Shown here: one piece after another, positions 1 through 12,219 of the stretch
Position numbering within the stretch: the first letter of the stretch is position 1
How the letters are laid out: every line of letters starts with the position of its first letter
Assembly (NCBI GenBank): GCA_951406725.2
Contig: OX597814.1
Coordinates: forward strand, 5,394,001 to 5,458,000
Length of the DNA stretch: 64,000 nt
Direction of reading: 5' to 3'
Origin: Octopus vulgaris
Lineage: Eukaryota
Notes under the pieces: generated by a model
Told to the model about the DNA's origin: nothing
The model's database searches: none
The model's input: only the letters and a program-made list of their open reading frames with translations
Made by a program: the position numbers and the translations under genes

Positions 1-660
1 TGTCTGTCTTATCTTCAACATCCCTATGAAATTGTCCATGCATTCTTTTCTTTACCCACCTATTTTCAGTTTCATTCGTTTTCAATTTCTTGTATAGTGC
101 TTTATCCTTGCAATCTTTCATCCTACACAAGCCTGAACTTCTTATTTCCAATAATAGTGGTTCTGTGGCATTTTTTACATACCATACTATGTTGCTTTTT
201 TCTATTCTAATGCTGTGTTCGCATCCAATAAGTCCTCTTCCCCCTCTTTTTCTTTGGATATACAGTCTGTCTGTGTCACTTTTTGTGTAGAGTGCCCCAT
301 ATGTAGTTAGCAACTTCCTTGTCTTTCTGTCTAAGCTGTTTAGCTTGCCTACTGTCCATGCGATTATCCCCGCTCCATATCTAAGGAGTGAAACTGCCCA
401 GGTGTTGATAACTTCAATCATGTTTTGTCCATTAATTTCGACTTAAGCATCAGTCTCAGTCTGCGTAAGTACTGGACCTGAAATTTTTCTGTCTTTCTTT
501 CTCCATCAATTTGTCCATTTCCAAAATCTCCAAGTACTTATAGTCCATCTCTTCTATTTCTATCTGCTTCATAACCTCCCCCAACAGTATTGATAGCCCA
601 TCCATACATTTGATTTTGCTTCTCTTCAAAACTAACACACTACACTTTCTTAGTCCAAAC
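1..660 (-). mobile_element. RLE-type (R4/Dong/NeSL-like) LINE fragment, RT C-terminal region
   Basis: Minus strand gives YKYLEILE, NTWAVSLLRYGAGII, LDRKTRKLL and DRLY...GGRGL-like segments resembling the 45219-47609 protein; interrupted by stops. Confidence 0.75.
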
Positions 661-704
661 TGTTCTATTTGTAATAACTGGTAGAGAAAACAATAATATA
701 TATA

Positions 705-3700
705 TCATTATCATCATTGTTTAACGTCTGCTTTCCAGGCTAGCATGGGTTGGACGATTTGACTGAGGACTGGTGAACCAAATGGCTGCACCAGGCTCCA
801 GTCATGATCTGGCAGAGAGAGAGAGAGAGAGAGCTAGATGCCCTTCCTAATGCTAACCACTCCGAGAGTGTAGTGGGTGCTTTTACGTGCCACCGGCATG
901 GGGGCCAGTTGGGCGGTACTGGCAACGACCTCGCTCAAATCTTTTACACATACCACCGGCACAAGTGCAAGTAGGGAGATGCTGGTAACAATCACACTCG
1001 TATGGTGCCTTTTACGTGCCACAGGCAGAGAAGCCAGTTAGCCACCCTGGCAATCATCATGGTCGGATGGTGCTCTTAGTGCTCCACTAGCATGGATGAC
1101 AGTCATCGAATTTGATTTCGATTTCACTTGCCTCAACAGGACTTCGCAATCACAGTTTAGTGTCCAATGAAGGAAAGGTACGTATAAGTGGGCTGGTTAC
1201 ACCCCTGGCATAGGCCACGGGTTATGGTCTCACTTGGCTTGCCGGGCCTTCTCAAGCACACCATATTTCCTAAAGTCTCCGTCACTAGTCATTGCCTCGG
1301 TGAGGCCTAATGCTCGAAGTTCGTGATTCACCACTTCATCCCAGGTCTTCCTGGGTCTACCTCTTCCACAGGTTCCCTCAACCACTAGGGTGTGACACTT
1401 TTTCACATAGCTATCCTCATCCATTCTCGCCACATGACCATACCAGTACAGTCGTCTCTCTTGCACACCACATCTGATGCTTCTTAGGTCCAACTTTTCT
1501 CTCAAGGTACTTACACTCTGTTGAGTATGCACATTGATATTACACATCCATCGGATCATACTGGCTTCATTCCTTGCGAGCTTACGCATGTCCTCAGCAG
1601 ACACAGCCCATGTTTCACTGCCATGTAGCATGGCTGTTTGTACACATGCATCATACAGTCTACCTTTTACTCTGAGCGAGAGGCCCTTTGTCACCAGCAG
1701 AGGTAAGAGCACTCTGAACTTTGCCCAGGCTGTACTTATTCTAGCAGCTACACTTTCAGCACACCCTCCCCTGCTACTGACTAGGTCACCTAGGTAATGG
1801 AAGCTATCAACTACTTCCCTAACCCTAATCCTAACTACTTCTAGTTTCCCTGGAATGTGATGGAAGTTGTTTTCTGCACATCTTCAGTGTTTATTACTCC
1901 TGAGCATCTGCCACATACAAAAACTATCCTCCCAGTTAGCCTTCCTTTGATATTGCTGCACCTCTTATGTGTCCATAGCTTACACTGGATACATCTTATA
2001 GAGTTTCTATCTACGCCTCTACTACAGATCGAGCAGGGCCATCTACCTGAAGGGATTTCTGGTTGACTTGCCTTCCTACTTATTAGGGCTTTGGTTTTAG
2101 CTAGGTTGACTCTAAGGCCCTCAGCATAGATGAGCTCCCAGGGACATCTTGTTTTGAATTCCTCTGTTATTGCCTGGAGGACTATGATAAATAGGAGGGG
2201 ACTAAGGACCTATAACTCTACCCAGAATTCTTCACTGTACTCGTTGCCAACCATCACCTTACTGATAGCGTCCCTGTACATGGCTCACACAGCTCTTACT
2301 AATTTCCTCATTGACCACCAGATAAGGAATTGTGGGACCCTGTCAAAGGTTTTCTCCATGTCGACAAAAGCCAGGTACAGAGGTTTATCTTTGGCTAGGT
2401 ATTTCTCTTGCAGCTTTCTTACCAGAAATATAGTATCAGTGGTACTTTTCCCTGGCATGAACCCAATCGGCATTTCATCTAAACTGACCCTCTCCATGAC
2501 CTTCATTAATTAATCTAACAACTTGATACCTCATTAATTATTTGTATCTAATGCATCACCATTTCTTTTGTAGCAGTTGACTATTATGCTGCTACACCAG
2601 TCATTGGGTATGACTCCTTCGTGTATCACCTGGTTAACTATATAGGTGACTAGGCTATAGCAGATACTGCCAGATATTTTGAGTATCTCTTCCTCATGGA
2701 CCGGGGGCTTTCCCTCTCTTAATTGCTTTATCTACCAAGGTACTGTAAACATGGATAGCTGGTCCCTCTGTGGGGTCGACATTCGGCAGACTCTTTCTCC
2801 CATTCATTCTCTTTATTCAGCAACCTTTTATAGTGGCATCTCCAAATCTCTCTCTATGCAGCCCCATTTAGTGCAAGTGAACTATCATCCATGTGAACAC
2901 ATTTCTCTCCTACAACATCACGATTCTCTCTCACACACTGTCTTGCAACACGAAATACCTCAAGTCTTTGGTCTTCACGGCGCAGAACATTGGCAAATAT
3001 TTTCTTATCTGCTTCCCCTCTGGCTAAATAAACCTGTCTCCTAGCTCCCCTTCTGGCAGTCTGATACAATTCCCTGCTACCACCATTCTTCCAGTCCTTC
3101 CAAGCCTGTTTCTTTTCTCTAATAGCCCTGTCAACAACATTGTTCCACCACAACGTTATTTTGGCTCAAGATGGGACTTTACACCATCCACAGATCTGGT
3201 CAGTGGCCCTCAGCAGGTTGTCCCGTAGAAACCTCCAGTTGTCTTCTACATCGTGTGAAGCTATATCCCCTTCTATTTCGTCAAAGGCTTCAAGTAATAT
3301 TTCTCTAAATCTCTGTCCATTTGCAGGATCTTTAAGCTTCCAGACCCTTCTCCTCCATGCTGGTCATCTTCTGGGCATCCATTTAGCCCTGATCCTGAAG
3401 TCACTAACTACCAGTCTATGTTGTGGGGTGCATTCTTCGCCTGGGAATGTTTTGGCAATTATAAGCAGCCATCTTTCTCTTTTTTGGTGAGGATATAGTC
3501 AATACTGCCAGAACAGTAGGTGAGTAGGTGACTGACAGGTTTTTCTGAAATAAGTATTGCAAACCATAAGATCATTTGCATCGCAGAACTCCAGCAGCCT
3601 GGTTCCCTCCTCATTGCAAGAGCCAAAACCGTAGCCTTCACATATGCCATGGAAGCCCCTGGCATGTTGTCCAACATGTCCATTGAAGTCACCAGTCACA

Positions 3701-4215
3701 AAGAGAAGGTCCCTGTCATTCGTTAATGTGGTAGTCTGTAAGAAGGTGTCATAGAATCGGTCTTTCTGTCCATCGGGTAGCCGTGGCTGAGGAGTAAAGG
3801 CTGAGATAATGGTTGCTAACCCATGACGAAGCACTAATCTAATCTTAAGTATTCTGTCACATCCTCTGACTACCTCAGTTACCTTATCTAACCATTTTCC
3901 TGCAAAAAGTATACCTACGCCCCCGACCCCATGTGTGTTGCCAGCCCAGAAAACCTTGTACCTATGTTCTTTGCCTGCGAGGTACCTAGCAGAACCTCCT
4001 CTCCACCTTACTTCTTGGATGCAGCACATATCAACACATCTCCATTCAAGCATCTCAACAATCTCACCAGACCTACCTTTCAGTTTGCCAACATTGAGAG
4101 TGCCAACCCTGAGGGTATGGGAGGTATGGGCCCTTGAGACCCTGGGATGGGGGACAGTAGCGTCATGTACCTGAAAAGAGAGCTCACATTTGGCAGAATT
4201 CATAAACAAACAATA
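705..4215 (-). mobile_element. RTE-clade LINE, degenerate near-full-length
   Basis: APE endonuclease ORF 3499-4209 (GTLNVG, CIQEVRW, GDFNGHVG); RT pieces (GFMPGKST, FVDMEK); C-terminal ORF 1230-1712 (GRGRPRKTW); 3' tail ending in (GAT)n. Confidence 0.92.
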
Positions 4216-5556
4216 GCCTTAAGTTCCACCTGCGTACACTATCATATTTTTGCACTATATGATCACTACCCTATATAGTAGGGGGTGGAGATGACATAAA
4301 GCCTTCAGAAGTGTTCATGGGAGGCAACCAAAGGATGACAAAAAATAGGGACTTCCGGTACAGGTGGATGGGGTGGAAGGGTGGGTGCACCGCGAACTAG
4401 CAAACATGGATGAGAGCATCTCCTGCATACGTATTCTTTCGGTGGAGGTATTAAGAATCGAGTAGGGGAATCCGAGTACGTGCGCTAGTTTATATAGGGT
4501 GGTGGTGGTGGTGGAGGAAGTAGGAAGTCTTGGTGAGGCAAGTGGTACTCGAAAGAGAGATAGAGACACACACAGACAGAGAGAGGCCGAGAGAGAGAGA
4601 GAGAGATGGTGAGGCAGAGAGAAGGAGGGGGTCAGGACACGAGGGAGAGATATTCTTTTGGGATTTGAGTGGCATAGTTAATTAAACAAGACAGCAAATG
4701 TTGATAATATTTAAATAGAATTGAAGAATCTGAGAGCCAGTCTAAGACAAAATTAGAGAAATAAGTGACTGTGTGATAGACTTGAATAGATGAATGAATG
4801 AATATGTTGCGGTTAAGGGAAATCCATGAACTAAGGTTATCTTAAGGCAACAACATCGTTGAATTTTTATTATTATTTTTATTATTATTGTTATTTTTTT
4901 TTTTAACTAAACAAACAACAAAGAAAAGAAATGTGTTCAACAAGAGAGAGAGAGACAAACTTAGTTCTTATTAAATACCATTGTATATTAATGGGGGTAA
5001 AGACCCCCCTTGGTCATCAATGGCCATGGTATTGCACCTAGAAAGTTCCCCTCTGTCTATTAAAGAATCTTCTTCTAAATGATGGAATTGTATTGTTTCT
5101 TGGTATTGCAGCTGATAAATTACTGCAATAATATCACAGGTTAATTATATATATTTTGAGTAAGAACATTTGTTGGATTAAATATGTTGTATATTTTATT
5201 TATAACAGGTATACCCATAGAAGAAGGAACCAAATGTACAGTAACAACGATAAAGAATTATCTTGATACTCACACAAATTCTAAAATAAAGCATATTTGT
5301 CTGATTGATGTACAGGAAGGATGTAATCAGAGCTTTTAAGCTTCATCTAGAAACGGTGTTTGGAATCAGTGAAAGCAGAGGTAGGACTTGTTATTTGTTT
5401 GATATTTTAGTGAAAATTTAAATGATTTATTTCAGGTGTTAATTAAGATTTTTTCCTCCTCCTTCAGTCAACTTTTATCTGATTCCTATTATTGGTTTAT
5501 GGGCACAGCCATGGGTTTGTGGTTAAACAGCTTCATTTCTAACCATGTTGAATCCC
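2130..5556. repeat. Segmental duplicate of about 15.9-18.69 kb joined to 23.55-24.24 kb
   Basis: Shared non-LINE flanks (4210-4850 = 18070-18690; 4900-5556 = 23575-24238) and shared LINE lesions. ORF pairs 4315/18173 and 5436/24118 are nearly identical. Confidence 0.88.
5209..5380 (+). pseudogene. Pseudo-exon copy of macrodomain-1 exon 23883-24062
   Basis: Near-identical to 23883-24062 with the same splice sites. Has a 9-nt deletion removing GIF and a 1-nt insertion (gtacAgg) giving a frameshift and TAA; 172 nt. Confidence 0.85.
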
Positions 5557-5559
5557 TAA

Positions 5560-6360
5560 AAGTGCAACCCCTCCTCAAATCGGTAGGGTGGTGTAAACGG
5601 GCAGTGTCAGAGCTATGCCATCGGGAACTTTGGTTCCTGGTAGGGCCACCCATGGTGGATTGGTCTGGCACCGTGTGGTATTAGGGCCGCAGACTGGCCA
5701 ACGGGACTCTGGTGAAAATTCCAAGAGGCGTCTGATCGGCAACTGGCAGCTTCCAGGTCGTTCTGTCCCTGCATTTGTGGAGACTCTGCGGCAAACAATG
5801 CATCCCGTCACTCAGGATATACATGTGGGATGTCAGGGACCGCTTGTGAATTCAATTTTCCCACAAAACTTCTTCTATGAATCCTACTACTACCATGGCA
5901 ATAAATACGAATACGAATTATCTACCTATGCAACCAATCAACAACCCTGAAACTGCTATGGCTCTTCAAACTACCCCTGGAGTAGTCCTGTTCTTTAAAC
6001 ATAGACAGAACTGAAGGTACCGTACTGGAACATCAGAACCCTTCTCGACAACGGTGTCCAGGCGCTAACAATGAAGGCTTTGCACAAGTACTGCGTGAAT
6101 ATTGCTTGCCTTTCAGAGGTCCGACTCGCTGATGTTGGCCATCTTCCTATTAAGGTGCCGGGAGGGGATGTCAGTTATTACCTGTATCATAGTGGCATGA
6201 CCGACAACAGTGGTCTTCATAGGGTTGCTGTGGCACTGAGCCCTGACGCGCAAGCGGCTCTGCTGGCGTGGCAACCGATCTCACACCGACTCACGCTGGT
6301 TCGATTGAGGCGTCAAATCGCCAATGTCAGTGAGATTGCTGTCTATGCGCTCACTTTCTA
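5560..6360 (+). mobile_element. 5' fragment of a second LINE family (RTE-like UTR plus APE endonuclease start)
   Basis: WNIRTLL, IACLSEVRL, YHSG, VAVAL and IAVYA motifs (ORF 6071-6373), preceded by a GC-richer UTR; truncated at 6360. Confidence 0.75.
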
Positions 6361-7477
6361 TGGAGACATTTAAAATTTCATATGTCTCCATAGAATAAAG
6401 TTCTATGGAGACATATGAAATTTTAAAACATAGGAATAATACAAACATATTAAATAACCGTTCCGAACTAGGAGTATTTTGTATACATTGTGCTACCCGT
6501 ACGTTTAAGTATTTTAAATAATAACATTCTGACCATACCTAAATTTTCAAATCCTAATATTTTGTAACCAAATTAAAAAATTAATATACCATACTAGCTT
6601 TTATTTAACCTGCATAGATTACTAAGAAATTTCATTATATATATAAATCTGAATGTAATGAAATTAGAATTTTTTTAATACTCTCCTATATAGGATTGAA
6701 AAGAATTCTATATATCTAGGGAAATTACTTGGTTCATCTTGATTACCTCCCTTCCATTACTTTTTAATATATCTTATTGACTCCTGATATATGTGCTAAA
6801 TTAATAAAGTTATTTTTTTTCCACAGTTATATATTATGTATAACGTTTTCTTTTAATTTAGCTCATTAAAAAATCACCATTTACTAGCTAATTATGATTC
6901 TATATTAATAGAAATGGATATATATATATTTATATTTATATAAATATGAAATGATTTCTATATTTTCTATCCTTATATAAGATACTAAGATTTATTGAAA
7001 TCCTTTAGAAAATTATCTAAAGAATATTTACTTAAATTTCTTAATATAGAATCTGGATGTTAAATGGTAAGGGACATTGAAAACCTCTAGAGCACTAGTA
7101 GTCTATGTTCCCCCTACCCCTCTAACTTCAACCTACAAGCTTTTTGCTATAATACATTCAAATGTATCTAAACTGAATTCCTCAAAATGGGAATAGGTTT
7201 ATGGTTTTCACATTTGTACTACCCCTTCCTATATCTATAAATAGAAAAAATTCTTTGTCTCCGTCCAACCAAAATTAGAATCCCCCTCCCCACTGACAGA
7301 TCTAAATAACAAAGTGAACTCAATGATAAAATCTACAGACGGAGAGTGAACATACTACTATCATGTTCTTAAGAATGAAACCAACCTCTCTGTCTATATA
7401 TCTACCCTCTTTGTAATGTTGGCAAATGGAAGAGGGATAAGAATGTGCATTGTCCGTTTGATTGGAAAATTCTATAA

Positions 7478-7552
7478 GTGGCTGAAGATTGCTCGACATT
7501 TTAAAACTTAAAGTGTTTAATAAAATGAAGTAGCATGAAACAATTGTACCTC
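7478..7552 (+). ncRNA. Type I hammerhead ribozyme-like motif
   Basis: GTGG-CTGAAGA-(long imperfect helix II TGCT..CATTTTA/TAAAATG..AGCA)-GAAA-CAATTG-TA-CCTC; palindromic helix III ACAATTGT. Confidence 0.6.
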
Positions 7553-7575
7553 GGATATACTTGTTGCTTATTTTG

Positions 7576-7576
<1 letters not shown>

Positions 7577-7646
<70 letters not shown>

Positions 7647-7650
7647 ATAT
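7577..7650. repeat. (TA)n/(TG)n microsatellite
   Basis: Direct reading. Confidence 0.98.
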
Positions 7651-7689
7651 TTGCATATATTATGGCCTCACTGTGATCACGGTGATATA

Positions 7690-8700
7690 TGAGAGTTTAT
7701 GAAAAAAACAAAAGACGAAGACAAGTAGTGTTCAAAATAAACAGATGTATTAGTACAACGCTCAGGAATAGAAAAAGTCTTTTATGTTTCGAGCCTACGC
7801 TCTTCTACAGAAAGGGACACAGAAAGAACAAGGAGAGAAAAAAATAAATGTGTGTAGTGGCTAACGATCTGTGATGGCGACTGACTCTGACAGAAGGGTC
7901 ACACAATAGAGGGAAAGTAGGGGAGATAACAAAGTAAAAATGACCCCCAACACGAAGGTGCATGTGTGTATAAGAAAGTATGTATGTGCGTGTGAAAGAG
8001 GGCTGGTGGTGTGGACGTGTGCATGTATGTGTAGGTGTGAAAATGTGGGGATGGGTGTGTGGGTGGTGTGGTGTGATGTGATGTGTAATGTTGTATGGTG
8101 TAGTGTGGTGTGGTGTGGGGTCGGCTGAGGGTTGGGGTAGAGTTGGGTTTTGTGGGTAGGCAGAGGGTGGGGGTATAGGTGAGGTATGTGGGAGAGGGTC
8201 GTGGGATAGGATGGGGGATGGGAAGGATAGGGAAGGTGGTGTAGGAATGTGCAAGGGTGGGTGGGTGGGCTTATGGGGGAGAGGAAGGTGGATAGGTGAG
8301 GAGAGAGAGGAGGAGAGAAGAGAGAAAGAGAGTAAGAGAGAAGAGAGAAAGAGAAAAAGAGAGAAGAGAGAAAGAGGGAAGTGAGAAAGAGATAGAAGAG
8401 AGAAAGAGAGAAGAGAGAAAGAGAGTAACAGAGAAGAGGGAAACAGGGGAAAGAGAGAAGAGAGAAAGAGAGTAAGAGAGAAGAGGGAAAGAGAGTAGGG
8501 TGCAGAGTAGTAGGAGTAAAGAGAAGTAGGAGTCGGGGCAGGAGAGGAGAGTTGGGTAGGAGGAGGGAGGGGGAAGAGAGAGGAGAGAAGGAGAGTGAGG
8601 GAGCAGAGAGAAAGAGAGTAAGAGAGAAGAGGGTAAGAGAGTAGGGTGAAGAGAAGTTAGAGTCGAGGAGGAGATAAGATGAAGAGGGGAGAAGAGTTAT
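7690..8700 (-). mobile_element. Penelope-like element 3' region (low-complexity tract plus terminal repeat)
   Basis: 7690-7870 is a reverse-complement homolog of 21740-21925, which follows Penelope coding remnants; GA-rich tract 8290-8700. Confidence 0.6.
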
Positions 8701-8729
8701 ATATATATAATATATATATGTATAATATA

Positions 8730-8785
<56 letters not shown>

Positions 8786-9589
8786 ATATATATGGGATGT
8801 GTGTGTGTGTATAATTGCATACATTATGGCCTCAGGCCAACTAAACCTTGTGAGTGGAATTTGCACATGGAAACTGAAAGAAGACTGTCGTATAGATATG
8901 TATGTTTGTGTGTATGTCTGTGTTTGTACCCCCACCATTGCTTGACAAATGATGTTGTGTTTAGGTCCCCATAACTTAGCAGTTCGGCAAAAGACAACAA
9001 CAGAATAAATACTATGCTTACAAAGAATAAATACTTGGGTCTGGTTGTTTGACTAAAGTTGGTGCTACAGCATGGCCATTCACATGACTGAAACAAGTAA
9101 AACAGCAAAAAACTATGCCATTTTAATCCCAAGCAATGCCAAGTATTGCTGCTTGTATGTTATAAAAAAACATTCCTTCAGCTTGTGACAGTGGATAGCC
9201 CTTGAGCTAGATTTTATTCTTGTCAAAATTCTTAGTCTTTGGGCAGAAACTCAATTCCAGCACCAAGACAGGAACATCGTCTGGTGAAAGTTTTAGTTTA
9301 GATAAATTTATTCACTCGTATGATGGATTTTCTTGGGAGAGTGCTTTTCAGAGTTTCACTTTCATTAGATCTGTGACTACTTTTTGGGTTTTGCTTAAAT
9401 TCTTCATTCAAAATATGGAACCTATTCAGTGATAAAAATGGTTTGAAATGTTCATGTGAGGAACTCATAACTTTTAGTCATCTTTCTAGGAGTAAACCAT
9501 TTCTGGGTGGGTGATAGAAAGTGAATGACTTCTGTGGATTTTCATAGGCAATTGAAAAACCTTTCCTTTCGGGAAAGGAACAAATTTAT

Positions 9590-10125
9590 TAAGAATATAA
9601 GATAAATATTAACCACTAGCTTTAACTCCAAGAACTCTAACACTGGAATTTCTGAACGTCATATCTGGAAAAACACCTGCAAAAGAGGTAAGCCCTGTTC
9701 ATTGTACAACAACATGAATCAAGTGAATTCCATCAGGTATCATATCAGAAATGTTATGATTTATACAGAAGGTGGGACATGTAGAGATTCCCATTTGGTG
9801 TATGCAGCAGAATGCACGAAACACAACTTGGTTTATGTTGGTTGCACAAAAGAACAATTAAACAAAAGATTTAATGGGCACAGATATGACATCAGGCACA
9901 ATAACGGTAATTGGACGGAACTTGCTGAACATTTTGCATCAAATGGCTGCAATTTTGAAAAAGACTCGAGAAAGTGCATGTTCTCAGTAAATATTCTAAA
10001 TCTGTTTCACTTTCAATACTCAAAATGCACGAGGAGAAATGTTTGTGGGTTATTAAAAACATACCCTGGAGGAATGAATAAAATGAGAGAGGAATTTCAT
10101 AATATTCACACAAAACTGTTTGACT
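9590..10125 (+). mobile_element. Penelope-like GIY-YIG endonuclease fragment
   Basis: ORF 9702-10127: HLVYAAECTKHNLVYVGCTKEQLNKRFNGHR...LAEHF; homolog at 31.2-31.73 kb. Confidence 0.82.
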
Positions 10126-10577
10126 AAATATTTCAGGAACTGGATGTGCAATTACGTATAACAATGATACCAGAAGTAGAGGAAAGCAGGGCATTCTGGA
10201 GAGGGATCTGGGACCAATCTCCAGATCATAATAATGAAGCTGAGTGGTTGCATGAAATCCAAAATAGGTTAAGAAATATAGAAGTCCAAGAATAAAAATA
10301 ACTACAGAAATTATAAAAAAGCAGTTAAGAAAATTCCCAAAACGGAAAAGCTCAGGATTGGATGGGGTCACGGGTTATTGGACAAACAAGCTGAGAGAGC
10401 TTCATGAAAGGATAGCGCAACAGCTAGATGAGTGCTTGTGGGAAGGTGCAGTACCCAGCAAGAAGACAAAGGGACAGACATTGTTATGTGCCAAGGATCC
10501 TGGGAAGGGAAATGTTGCATCCAACTTTAGAACAATATCATGGTTTTTGCTCATATGGAAAGTAATGTCAGGTAATT
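10125..10577 (+). mobile_element. RLE-type LINE fragment (RT N-terminus)
   Basis: GLDGVTGYW...LHERIA...GQTLL.AKDPGKGNVASNFRTI, resembling APGHDKIPNFW...GKTILIPK...NYRPI in the 45219-47609 protein. Confidence 0.7.
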
Positions 10578-12013
10578 TCTCTTGAAATTGCTGGCCTTGC
10601 GCCAAAATTTGAAACCAAAACTCCAGTGTTGTTTATGGTCAATAAAATAAGTACCAGTTGAGCACTGGGGTTGATGTAATTGACTTAGTCACTCTCCTGA
10701 AATTGCTGGCCTTGTGCCAAAATTTGAAACCAAAATTCCAGTGATGTTTATGGTCAATAAAATAAGTACCAGTTGATCACTGGGGATAATGTAATTGACT
10801 GAGCCAATCTCGCGAAATTGCTAGCGTTGTCCCAAAATTTGAAACCAAAATTCCAGTGATGTTTATGGTCAATAAAATAAGTACCAGTTGAGCACTGGGG
10901 TTGATGTAATTGACTGAGCCACTCTCCTGAAATTGCTGGCCTTCTACCAAAATTTAAAACCAAAATTCCAGTGATGTTTATGGTCAATAAAATAAGTACC
11001 AGTTGATCACTGGGGTTGATGTAATTGACTTAGCCACTCTCCTGAAATTGCTGGCCTTGTGCCAAAATTAGAAACCAAAATCTCAGTGATGTTTATGGTC
11101 AATAAAATAAGTACCAGTTGAGCACTGGGGTTGATGTAATTGACTTAGCCACTCTCCTGAAATTGCTGGCCTTCTGCCAAAATTTGAAACCAAAATTCCA
11201 GTGATGTTTATGGTCAATAAAATAAGTACCAGTTGAGCACTGGGGTTGATGTAATTGACTTAGCCACTCTCCTGAAATTGCTGGCCTTGTGCCAAAATTT
11301 AGAAACCAAAATTCTCAGTGATGTTTATGGTCAATAAAATAAGTACCAGTTGAGCACTGGGGTTGATGTAATTGACTTAGCCACTCTCCTGAAATTGCTG
11401 GCCTTGTGCCAAAATTTGAAAGCAAAATTCCAGTGATGTTTATGGTCAATAAAATAAGTACCAGTTGAGCACTGGGGTTGATGTAATTGACTTAGCCACT
11501 CTCCTGAAATTGCTGGCCTTGTGCCAAAATTTGAAACCAAAATTCCAGTGATGTTTATGGTCAATAAAATAAGTACCAGTTGAGCACTGGGGTTGATGTA
11601 ATTGACTTAGCCACTCTCCTGAAATTGCTGGCCTTGTGCCAAAATTTGAAACCAAAATTCCAGTGATGTTTATGGTCAATAAAATAAGTACCAGTTGAGC
11701 ACTGGGGTTGATGTAATTGACTTAGCCACTCTCCTGAAATTGCTGGCCTTGTGCCAAAATTTGAAACCAAAATTCCAGTGATGTTTATGGTCAATAAAAT
11801 AAGTACCAGTTGAGCACTGGGGTTGATGTAATTGACTTAGCCACTCTCCTGAAATTGCTGGCCTTGTGCCAAAATTTGAAACCAAAATTCCAGTGATGTT
11901 TATGGTCAATAAAATAAGTACCAGTTGAGCACTGGGGTTCATGTCATTGACTTAGCCACTCTCCTGAAATTGCTGGCCTTCTGCCAAAATTTGAAACCAT
12001 TCCTGTGATGTTT
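10578..12013 (+). repeat. 115-bp tandem array (about 12.3 copies) derived from a SINE 3' half
   Basis: Unit CCTGAAATTGCTGGCCTTGTGCCAAAATTTGAAACCAAAATTCCAGTGATGTTTATGGTCAATAAAATAAGTACCAGTTGAGCACTGGGGTTGATGTAATTGACTTAGCCACTCT. ORFs repeat every 115 nt. Similar to the 3' part of the SINEs at 47.9 and 63.9 kb. Confidence 0.95.
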
Positions 12014-12219
12014 CTAGTATTTATTATAATTAATAGAGATAGTGTTTACTTAGTATTAGTTAAATGTTGATTATATTTTCCTGTTTGCTAATGTATTATA
12101 CTAATAACATATTACTTTGTCTTCAAATACTTTTCTGTCTTTACCCACTGAATTCCCCAGCTCACCCCTAATTCCTCACCAACGAAATGATTTTATCTTT
12201 TTACTTTTTCATAATTTAG

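Noticed and set aside
5560-5760. HDV-like ribozyme in the LINE 5' UTR
   Set aside because: Plausible for RTE-like elements, but I could not assign the nested double pseudoknot by eye.
7805-8974. Long ORFs of 149-319 aa
   Set aside because: They are translations of GA-, GT- and TA-rich low-complexity DNA.
10578-12013. CRISPR array or repeat-protein gene
   Set aside because: Whole 115-bp units repeat with no unique spacers, the context is eukaryotic, and the unit length is not a multiple of 3, so the repeated 77-aa ORFs are artefacts.
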